Positions 20,790-28,299 are shown, numbered from the stretch's first letter. The stretch is 64,000 nucleotides of DNA from a virus (IMGVR_UViG_3300030491_000004:2786-66785); one strand, 5' to 3'. Made by a program: numbers and translations. The notes: generated by a model not told the origin, from the letters alone.

Positions 20790-21132
20790 AGATGTCGCTA
20801 AGTTGTCTTCAATAGTAAAAATTCCCATACCTTTGCTTTCACAGCTTTATAGTATGGGGATGTTGAATTGGCAATTAGCAAGAGACAAATTGATCCTGAA
20901 TGATTATCGTATCATTCGTAGGAAGTCAAAGTACACCTCAAAGCAAATTATTTTAGCTCTCATGAATCAGTACAATGTTTCCAGGAGTAAGGTAGAAGAA
21001 GTTGTGTATTTGAAGAGAGAGAAAAGGTTTTTTTGTTTGGAGTGCGGTGAGAAAATTGGTAAAACAGATAGCATAAAAAACGATGGATTATGTGACAAAT
21101 GTTTGGCAAAAACTATCGAAAAAGTAAAATAG
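20701..21132 (+). CDS. Putative DNA-binding protein with C-terminal zinc finger (likely start at internal MKVYLL)
   Basis: HTH-like LMNQYNVSRSKVEEVV; CLECG...CDKC. Confidence 0.6.
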   Translation: MVNLDVINVFRIPVTKNCLSIMKVYLLTNEDVAKLSSIVKIPIPLLSQLYSMGMLNWQLARDKLILNDYRIIRRKSKYTSKQIILALMNQYNVSRSKVEEVVYLKREKRFFCLECGEKIGKTDSIKNDGLCDKCLAKTIEKVK

Positions 21133-21154
21133 TTTTTAAAAAATAGGTGATTTA

Positions 21155-21185
21155 TTTGTTAATTCAAATTTATTGCCTATTTTTG
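21155..21185 (+). promoter_or_regulatory. Bacteroidota primary-sigma promoter
   Basis: TTTG (21155-58), 19-nt spacer, TATTTTTG (21178-85). Confidence 0.65.
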
Positions 21186-21192
21186 TCAAGTA

Positions 21193-21720
21193 ATGGGAAT
21201 AATCAGAACCAAAATAAAATTCTTTAAATCTACCAGGACTGGAAATCCGGTTGGATTCGTAACCTACAAAGATCATCATTTTGTAGGTGTACGTGAAGAA
21301 GACTCTTGTTTAAAAAGTGTTGTAATTGTTCCAAATTACTTAGTTTATCTGGTAGAGTTAGATTGTTTGTATGAAGTATCAATAACGCAATTGCCTAAAG
21401 ATAATGGGTATGAGGTTGTGGAACTTGAAAAGGTTTTGTTTAAGGCTGAAATATCGCAAGAAATTGTCACCGGCAAAAAATATGGTGTTGTTGTAAAATA
21501 TGGAAACAAAAAGATTAAGTGGGCTTATGGGGGAGTAAAATCTAAATCTATTGTAGGTTTAAAGATAGCCTCCTCTTTTGAAATAGCTGACAACTCTTTA
21601 GTTTTAGAAGAGTTTAATTGGCTTGTTGATGAGGTTTCAAAAAAAGCTCAAAAAGATGGTTTTGTAAGACACAAAAAGATACTGGATAGATGTCAGATAT
21701 ACCAACAGAGGGCATTATAA
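21193..21720 (+). CDS. Hypothetical protein
   Basis: ORF track. Confidence 0.7.
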   Translation: MGIIRTKIKFFKSTRTGNPVGFVTYKDHHFVGVREEDSCLKSVVIVPNYLVYLVELDCLYEVSITQLPKDNGYEVVELEKVLFKAEISQEIVTGKKYGVVVKYGNKKIKWAYGGVKSKSIVGLKIASSFEIADNSLVLEEFNWLVDEVSKKAQKDGFVRHKKILDRCQIYQQRAL

Positions 21721-22088
21721 CAGATGCCGCTCATTCAGAAAAAAATAAAAAAACAGAATATAGAGGTCTTATTTTACAGACCGGTAAAATGATTTTTTAT
21801 GAGGATCTGGGATTTAAGACGGTAAATATTGGGGAGTTTTTGGCAGTAGTTGATGCCGCCAAGTATATCATAGAAAATGATTTTACTCCCAGGATAATAT
21901 ATACGGACAGTATGACTGCTATGACGTGGTTTAATAATAAATCTACAGCGTCTAAAAAGAAATGTAGATTACTTCAAAAGGCTGAGATATTCCTCAAATT
22001 ACTTGCGGATGATATTTCTACAATCGAAGTAAGACATTGGGATAATCTGGGATGGGGAGAAAACCCAGCGGATTTCGGTAATAAATAA
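21690..22088 (+). CDS. rnhA: Ribonuclease H (type I catalytic domain)
   Basis: TDAAHS, TVNIGEFLA, IYTDS and WGENPADFG motifs. Confidence 0.85.
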   Translation: MSDIPTEGIITDAAHSEKNKKTEYRGLILQTGKMIFYEDLGFKTVNIGEFLAVVDAAKYIIENDFTPRIIYTDSMTAMTWFNNKSTASKKKCRLLQKAEIFLKLLADDISTIEVRHWDNLGWGENPADFGNK

Positions 22089-22166
22089 ATGGGTTTTATA
22101 TGTTTTAATAATACTTGATTCAAAGCATTGATGGTTAGACATAATAGTCAATGCTATTTTTAAAAC

Positions 22167-22240
22167 GGTTGGGTAGCTCAGTTGGTAGAGCAAGTGGAGT
22201 AATTAACCCTGTGTCGCTAGTTCAAGTCTGGCTCCAACCA
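22167..22240 (+). tRNA. tRNA-like gene with distorted anticodon arm (isotype unassignable)
   Basis: Acceptor GGTTGGG/TCCAACC, D arm GCTC/GAGC, T arm GCTAG-TTCAAGT-CTGGC; anticodon stem bulged with a 9-nt loop AGTAATTAA. Confidence 0.7.
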
Positions 22241-22350
22241 CAACTTGTTTGACATATTTTTTTAATTTATTTGATTCTATTCGTTGTGAAACGCGTAGAA
22301 TTTTTAGAAGGGCATTAGGTAATTTTGATAATTTTTCATAGTTTGTCTTT

Positions 22351-23262
22351 TTGGCACCTCAGTCTATAATTATTCTGGGGTGCTTTTTTAAATTTAAAAT
22401 AAGAATAATGAAAATAGAAGATATTGAAATTGGAGATATAATGTACAGTTGTATTGTAGATCGTTGGGTAATTGCGAAGAAGTCTCGCAAAAACGTGTAC
22501 ATGGGTAATTGTGAATGCGCATCTAGTTGTCCATTTTGTTACTTGGGTATTAATTACTGTCCATTTGTAGGTTCAGAAATTTTTTTAAAAGCAATACCTA
22601 TTTTAGAAATGGATAAAATAGAATTAATGAAAGTTGGAAGTGTTTTTATATCAAGTCATCAAATTTATATACTGATAAGGGGTACTTATTTGTATGAAGA
22701 TTTGCTTGTTCCGGTTAAAATTGGGAGCACTGAAGATAAAAATAAAACTTATAAAACAAAACAAGATATGAAAGATGGAACAGTAAGGCTTTCTATAGAG
22801 AAAGCGAGAGAATATTACAATGGTAATGATTCCTCATTAAAAGAGATTGCACTTCAGGCTTATGACGAAAAGGATTTAGCTGAAGATTCGTGGTCAAAAA
22901 GATTCCTTGGAAAAAGGATGAGTGGTTATATAATGCAGAACGAAAATTTTGCAATAGAACAGATAAGTAATTCGGCTACGTTTTCTTGTAGTGGGTGGTT
23001 TAAAACTAGAGGACAAGCTGAATCTAGTCGTGCATATGCTAAGATTACCCAGTTAATGGCTGAAGAAGATTATAATGGTGCTTGGGTTCCGGATTGGGAT
23101 TCTTTCGATTCCAAATATTGCATTGAAAGAAATAAAAATGAGATTGTTGGAACCGATCGTGCAGCAGCGGTTAGTAAGTTGGCTTTCAAAAATGAAGAAG
23201 TAAGAGATAGGTTCTTGAATAATTTTAATTACTTGCTAAAACAATATTTTGAAATAGACTGA
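22351..23262 (+). CDS. Modular hypothetical protein (likely start at internal MKIED)
   Basis: Cys-rich N-domain; C-domain with W.PDW...KY; shares modules with 23265..23975. Confidence 0.7.
   Translation: MAPQSIIILGCFFKFKIRIMKIEDIEIGDIMYSCIVDRWVIAKKSRKNVYMGNCECASSCPFCYLGINYCPFVGSEIFLKAIPILEMDKIELMKVGSVFISSHQIYILIRGTYLYEDLLVPVKIGSTEDKNKTYKTKQDMKDGTVRLSIEKAREYYNGNDSSLKEIALQAYDEKDLAEDSWSKRFLGKRMSGYIMQNENFAIEQISNSATFSCSGWFKTRGQAESSRAYAKITQLMAEEDYNGAWVPDWDSFDSKYCIERNKNEIVGTDRAAAVSKLAFKNEEVRDRFLNNFNYLLKQYFEID
22353..22389 (+). terminator. Rho-independent terminator
   Basis: GGCACCTCAG/CTGGGGTGCT hairpin plus T tract. Confidence 0.65.
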
Positions 23263-23264
23263 GC

Positions 23265-23975
23265 ATGGAAAGAAAAGTTGGAGAAGTTTTTAAATATAAG
23301 AATGTCACCCTTCAGGTTATTAAAGAAGCTGGATGTAAAAAATGCTTTTTTAAAGGCATGAAAAGATCAGATTGCCACTCAAAAGAAAAACATTCCTTAA
23401 CTGGATACTGTAGTTTTAGGGAGAGGAAAGATAGTGCTGATGTACAATTTATAAAAATTGATAATATGGAAGAAGAAACAAGAAATTTACAAGTAACTCT
23501 TTCAATGGCTAAAGAATGGTTCGATGGAAAGGACAAAAATCTAAAAAGGTTAGCCATTATTGCTTTTCCAGATTTGTATCATGACTCCACAAAAACATGG
23601 GAAGATATACTAAAAAACAAAGCATTAATTCCAGATGAAGCGTGTTACATAGATGCGTGTGGGGAAATTAACCTTTTTGGAGGAAGTTTTTTGCGTAATG
23701 AGCGTGATAAAAACACGTGTTCATCTGAGAGGGTTGCAAAGATGGAAATTGCAATTTCAAAGATAAGCTTGTTAATGCCTTATTATGGTGGAATGATTAC
23801 AGATGAAGAATGGAATATCCCTTATTGTTCTTATTCTATAACGTGTGGATACAAAGAAATGAACATTGTGCGTTCTAGCTGTAGGGAATATTTAGCTTTT
23901 CACGAAGAACACCAAGCTGAAGAGTTTATTGATAACAACAAGAGACTTCTTAAAGATTATTTTATGCTTGATTGA
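23265..23975 (+). CDS. Modular hypothetical protein
   Basis: MERKVGEVF Cys-rich domain plus paralogous C-domain. Confidence 0.75.
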   Translation: MERKVGEVFKYKNVTLQVIKEAGCKKCFFKGMKRSDCHSKEKHSLTGYCSFRERKDSADVQFIKIDNMEEETRNLQVTLSMAKEWFDGKDKNLKRLAIIAFPDLYHDSTKTWEDILKNKALIPDEACYIDACGEINLFGGSFLRNERDKNTCSSERVAKMEIAISKISLLMPYYGGMITDEEWNIPYCSYSITCGYKEMNIVRSSCREYLAFHEEHQAEEFIDNNKRLLKDYFMLD

Positions 23976-24439
23976 TCATGATAAGTTGGATAATTTCAGG
24001 TATGGAATATATGTCGAATAATACTGAAGTGATATTCGCATGGGTTCTCCTAATTTTTGGAGTGGTTACGGCAATTTGTCTAATATTGATGATTTATTAC
24101 GGAATACAAGTATTGTGGTATAATTTTTTCAAATAATATTAATAATATACAGTACGCGCAGTAATATAGATTAAATTATAATCGCATAATCTTGGAGTAG
24201 AATTATGTTTTGGTATTAAAGGTAGCGTGTACTGTATTTTTACATTTTAAATAATATGGAAACAAAATCAGTTAGGGTTGATACTCCAAAAATGGATTCA
24301 AAAATTCAGGAGATGTCTTTAAAGGGGTTTAATTTAATCAGTACAACAGTTATACCGGCTACTGGAAGTATCCCAGACGGACATGGTGGAGATTACGGAG
24401 ATAATGAAAAAGTGTTGCTAATATTCCAAAAATAAAAAT

Positions 24440-25213
24440 ATGGAAAGAAGAATTGGAGAAAAATTTGAAGACAATGGGGATCGTTTAGTAGTTATTAGAG
24501 GAGGAAAATGTAACAATTGCTACTACTACTTTAATGGTTGTACTGATCATAGTGTTAGAGGTGAGTGCTCCAGACTTAGAAGAGAAAAAAGTATGGAAGG
24601 TGTAATTTTTAAACAAATAAAAGAAGATATGGACGAAACAAAAATTAGAAGTGCAATTAGAGTGTATCCGGAACAAGTTCAGGAAAACATGAAAGATGTT
24701 ATTGTAAAAACAGTAACAGAGTTTGGAAAACCGGTTACGTATGTGACGATAAAAATGAAAAATGGATTTACTATTCGCGAGTCTACTACATGTGTGGATC
24801 CAGACAATTATGATGAAGAGGTTGGAAAGAAAATCTGTCTTAAAAAGATTGAAGATAAGATTTGGTGGTTACTTGGATACCAACTTCAAAGCTTTATAAA
24901 AAACGATCCTAACCCTAATGATGGAAGAAAGATTGGCGTCCTTATTGTTAATGGGGATAAACTTGTTGGCTTGTGGATGAAGTTTGACAAATTATGGGAA
25001 CAATTTTCTGAAGAATTAAACTCTGATATGGCCTTCCCAGGTAAGTTGAAGTTCTTTCAAAATTTAAAGGAGGAAAACGATATTCGTGGAGAAATAGCTG
25101 TTAAGTATTTTGATACATACAAAGAAGCTTCTGAGTATGATCCCAAAAAGGATATGCAAGTACCTTTCCCTAATGAGAAATGTTATTATGCGATGGGAGA
25201 AATAGATGCATAA
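24440..25213 (+). CDS. Protein with a Phage_gp49_66-like domain
   Basis: MKNGFTI.E...CVDPDNYDEEVGKKIC...IEDKIWWLLGYQL motif; Cys-rich N-module. Confidence 0.7.
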   Translation: MERRIGEKFEDNGDRLVVIRGGKCNNCYYYFNGCTDHSVRGECSRLRREKSMEGVIFKQIKEDMDETKIRSAIRVYPEQVQENMKDVIVKTVTEFGKPVTYVTIKMKNGFTIRESTTCVDPDNYDEEVGKKICLKKIEDKIWWLLGYQLQSFIKNDPNPNDGRKIGVLIVNGDKLVGLWMKFDKLWEQFSEELNSDMAFPGKLKFFQNLKEENDIRGEIAVKYFDTYKEASEYDPKKDMQVPFPNEKCYYAMGEIDA

Positions 25214-25230
25214 AAATATTTGTGATTTTA

Positions 25231-25261
25231 TTTGCAGATTAAAAAATAAGGCGTATATTTG
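25231..25261 (+). promoter_or_regulatory. Bacteroidota primary-sigma promoter upstream of the RNA cluster
   Basis: TTTG (25231-34), 19-nt spacer, TATATTTG (25254-61). Confidence 0.7.
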
Positions 25262-25364
25262 CATAACTCTTTTTTAAGGTTAGTAAAGTAATTAGTATTC
25301 ATTAATTTTTTAAGGAGTAAAAGTAGACTGTTGCGACCAGTTCTTTTACTCCTTTTTTAAAAAC

Positions 25365-25448
25365 TGGAGAGTAACCTGTAATTGGCAGCAGCGAAGACTG
25401 TAAATCTTCTCTTTAATTAGACTGTAGGTTCGAGTCCTACCTCCCCAA
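25365..25448 (+). tRNA. tRNA-Tyr(GTA)
   Basis: GAAGA-CTGTAAA-TCTTC anticodon arm, long variable arm, GTAGG-TTCGAGT-CCTAC T arm. Confidence 0.85.
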
Positions 25449-25449
25449 C

Positions 25450-25797
25450 TAATAGTTCGTTGATATATTATTGAAAGACGTATGGACCGGAAGGCAGAAG
25501 TCCGCACCTCCACCAGATTCAGATAACCGCTAACCAGCCGCGAAAGTGCTGTAAATAAGAAGTACCTATCTGAGAAATAGGTTGCAGATTTGACCACTGT
25601 ATAAAGTAACTGGAAGGATGTTACAAAAATTCTTCTTCTTGTTTAATTTAAAATTGGGGGTGAATAGTTTTGACAGCGTTGAGTTAGGTAATATTGAGAG
25701 CTATTAAAGTCAGAAATGACAAAAAATTGATTTCTATGGTTCAACCGGTCATGAGAATGGCTGCCTGAACACGCAAGAGGGACGCGAAAGTTCCCTC
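25450..25797 (+). ncRNA. ssrA: Circularly permuted (two-piece) tmRNA: acceptor piece ~25450-25515, intervening segment 25516-25655, coding piece 25656-~25797
   Basis: GGGGGTG/CACCTCC-ACCA with a G3.U70 pair; inter-piece helices; tag frame ending MRMAA-stop. Confidence 0.85.
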
Positions 25798-25801
25798 ACA
25801 T

Positions 25802-25903
25802 GGTTGAGTAGTTTAATGATGGAATAGCTAGTAATTGATGTGAGTGCGCCAAGATAACATTAATTAGATTCTGCTGGATCCGGTTTGATTCCGGACTCAA
25901 CCA
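25802..25903 (+). ncRNA. tRNA-like RNA with elongated anticodon arm
   Basis: GGTTGAG/CTCAACC-A acceptor, TCCGG-TTTGATT-CCGGA T arm, 10-bp extra helix with a 15-nt loop. Confidence 0.7.
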
Positions 25904-25908
25904 ACCTT

Positions 25909-25981
25909 GCTTCCGTAGCTCAGTGGTTAGAGCGTTTGCCTGTTAAGCAAAGGGTCGGCAGTCCGAATCTGTCTGGAAGCG
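25909..25981 (+). tRNA. tRNA-Asn(GTT)
   Basis: Full cloverleaf, TTTGC-CTGTTAA-GCAAA; T loop variant TCCGAAT. Confidence 0.88.
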
Positions 25982-26028
25982 CAAACAAATGACCTGGCAT
26001 ATTCCAGGATATAAATAAATATATAGAT

Positions 26029-26319
26029 ATGTATACATTAAGAATTATTGAAAACACAAGATCAAACGAAACAGAGAGGTTTGATAGTGTAATTGAAAAC
26101 TTTGAATTGGGTTGTTCTTATTCCAGAATTCAAAAAAACAAAACTAAAGAGTTTGATATTTTGATGAAAGAGGAATATCCAAATGTTGACGACACAAACA
26201 TAGACTCCATTATATTTGGAGAAAATGGTAAGAAATTCTTTATTGAGGCTTTTTCTCCTTTAAAAGAATACACTTATTTTATCATGTCGGATAATGGAAA
26301 TACTTTAGAAAGATTATGA
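26029..26319 (+). CDS. Hypothetical protein
   Basis: ORF track. Confidence 0.7.
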   Translation: MYTLRIIENTRSNETERFDSVIENFELGCSYSRIQKNKTKEFDILMKEEYPNVDDTNIDSIIFGENGKKFFIEAFSPLKEYTYFIMSDNGNTLERL

Positions 26320-26413
26320 TATAACCCGTGAGGGGTCTTCGACTAATAATTGTTTTTCATTAGTGTATAAAGTTAATGTTTAAAATTTCAAGCCCGGAAG
26401 TGTCCGGGCAACC

Positions 26414-26484
26414 AGAAGGATGGTGTAGTGGTAGCACAATAGGCTTTGGTCCTATTAGTTTAAGTTCGATTCTTAATCCTCCTA
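26414..26484 (+). tRNA. tRNA-Gln(TTG)
   Basis: ATAGG-CTTTGGT-CCTAT anticodon arm; TTAAG-TTCGATT-CTTAA T arm; one acceptor mismatch. Confidence 0.85.
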
Positions 26485-26489
26485 CAAAT

Positions 26490-26723
26490 AGAAGAGTGGC
26501 GGAAAAGTAGACGCAGCAGCTTTGAAATAAAGGCGATTGAAGGAACTAAAAAGGTATTGGTTGCAAATGAAAGTATCCTCCCAATATTGTTCCGAAGTAG
26601 CGAAGAGGGAAGTAAGGCGCGCGATGTAACAGTCGAGCAACTACGGAAGAATAAGCTAAAACTGACGTAGAGTAAAGCAATAAGGGCACCTCATCCAGGA
26701 CAAGTTGATTCCTGGCTCTTCTA
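26490..26723 (+). ncRNA. 234-nt tRNA-framed RNA with ~180-nt structured insert
   Basis: AGAAGAG/CTCTTCT-A acceptor, Leu-type D arm TGGCGGAAAAGTAGACGC, CCAGG/CCTGG T stem. Confidence 0.7.
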
Positions 26724-26809
26724 TGATATAAATACTGGCTCGGCATATATCTGTGGCTTTAAATAGTCAAGTAAGTTGAATCTGATCAATTCATAAGCCG
26801 AGCCTTATT

Positions 26810-27034
26810 TTGAAACAAACAAATAATTACAATATGGATGAAGCAAAAGATGTTACCAATAAAGAGACAATAGATGCTCTTTATAAATCAGGACAAAGAC
26901 CTGATAAGTTTAGGTGCTTAGAGTTGTCAATAGCAGCTTTGGAAAAAGTAAAAGGGATAAAAGAATCTGATCCAGTTGAATTAGCTGAAAGGTTCTTTAA
27001 ATTCGTAAGTGGAGAAAGTCCTACCAAAAAATAA
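26810..27034 (+). CDS. Hypothetical protein
   Basis: ORF track. Confidence 0.65.
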   Translation: MKQTNNYNMDEAKDVTNKETIDALYKSGQRPDKFRCLELSIAALEKVKGIKESDPVELAERFFKFVSGESPTKK

Positions 27035-27098
27035 TTTTTTACCTTTAGATGTTAAACTTAGGGGGAGTGTAAAAGCTCCTCCTTTTAATTTTACTAAA

Positions 27099-27305
27099 AT
27101 GAAACAAAATTTAGATTCAGAATTTCATGTAGGAGATCGCGTTAAAATTATCCACAACGATCTCGAACCCCAGTATGAAGGAAAAACTGGAAAGGTTAAA
27201 AAAGTGTATCCATCATTCACATTAAAGGACGTTGGGTATCGAGTGGAGGTTGAGGAGAAGACTATTAAGGGAATAGCTACTTCTGGAAGCATTCAAAAAG
27301 TTTAA
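27099..27305 (+). CDS. Small SH3/KOW-like protein (start moved to MKQNLD)
   Basis: FHVGDRVKI...GKTGKV pattern. Confidence 0.6.
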   Translation: MKQNLDSEFHVGDRVKIIHNDLEPQYEGKTGKVKKVYPSFTLKDVGYRVEVEEKTIKGIATSGSIQKV

Positions 27306-27394
27306 ATAACTTAAAATATATACTGTCGAATAGTTATTTAGATAAAAAGTAATACATTTGTATCAGAGTTTTCTAAAATTAATATTTAATCAAA

Positions 27395-27793
27395 ATGAAA
27401 AAGTTTTTATTGATCGCCTTTTTAGGCATCTTTTCATTTACATGCATGTCTGCCGGAGGGTTACCGAAACAGAATCAACAATCTACAGGTATCGTTAATG
27501 TAATAAATGAAAATTCCCCGGTGCTCCAGTTACAAACCCTTAACACTTACCAAAGGATAAGTACGCCAACCATTTCCAGCGCGGTTCTGAATGAACTAAT
27601 AACGCAGGAGCTTATTTCTCCACTACCTAAAAAATATACTCTTACAGCTAACAAATACGCATATCAGTTAGGTTCTGTGGATATTACTTATGACGAATAC
27701 ATTTTTTTAATACAGCAGTTACAGGAACTCAGCAAAATGGACTTAATTATACAGACTTATGGTCACAGTTCTAAATATAGTTCTTTTACGTAA
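27395..27793 (+). CDS. Secreted hypothetical protein
   Basis: Signal peptide; TACATTTG -7 element at 27353-27360. Confidence 0.65.
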   Translation: MKKFLLIAFLGIFSFTCMSAGGLPKQNQQSTGIVNVINENSPVLQLQTLNTYQRISTPTISSAVLNELITQELISPLPKKYTLTANKYAYQLGSVDITYDEYIFLIQQLQELSKMDLIIQTYGHSSKYSSFT

Positions 27794-27924
27794 CGCAAAT
27801 TTATCTCGGTAGATTTACTTTAATCACTGGATATAGGACCCAGTAAGATTAAGTGATCATATAAATTCGCAAGCACCCGGTAAATTATCTCAGCAAAGAA
27901 AGGAACCGGGTGCTTATTTTTTTC

Positions 27925-28022
27925 GGACGAGTGGTGCAATTGGAAGACATACCTATTGAATAGGCGGACTAATATAGCTAGCTGAATAAATCCATTCCCT
28001 GGTTCGATTCCAGGCTCGTCCA
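27925..28022 (+). tRNA. Atypical tRNA-like gene (possible Ser TGA) with oversized variable region
   Basis: GGACGAG/CTCGTCC-A, CCTGG-TTCGATT-CCAGG; CCTAT-TGA-ATAGG hairpin; ~31-nt variable region. Confidence 0.65.
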
Positions 28023-28040
28023 CAATTTAAATTATACAAC

Positions 28041-28295
28041 ATGAAAAAATTAATATTTCTAAGTACTTTATTTGTACTATTGATTTCTTGCCAACCCAAA
28101 GACACTCACACAAAACATATTTATGAATATAGTATTTATAATGGTGGAGTTGCTATTAGTCATAAGATTATCCATACTGATTATGAATTAAAGATTGAAA
28201 CATCAAGCAGAGGGTCTAGACAATTAATATCAAATCAATACCATGAACTTTACGAGGATACAAATAGTACTATAGTAATGAATCAAATAAAATAA
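28041..28295 (+). CDS. Putative lipoprotein
   Basis: Lipobox LISC. Confidence 0.65.
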   Translation: MKKLIFLSTLFVLLISCQPKDTHTKHIYEYSIYNGGVAISHKIIHTDYELKIETSSRGSRQLISNQYHELYEDTNSTIVMNQIK

Positions 28296-28299
28296 TATT

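Noticed and set aside
22167-22240. Ochre suppressor or tRNA-Leu(TAA)/Ile(AAT) assignment
   Set aside because: The loop is 9 nt on a bulged stem, so no anticodon can be placed canonically.
25516-25600. HDV-like (theta) ribozyme trailing a tRNA-like 3' end
   Set aside because: No P1 helix starting at the first G and no nested double pseudoknot could be built by eye.
26515-26694. Group I intron in a tRNA-Leu anticodon
   Set aside because: No recognisable P7 or other core motifs, and I could not rebuild a normal anticodon loop by removing the insert.
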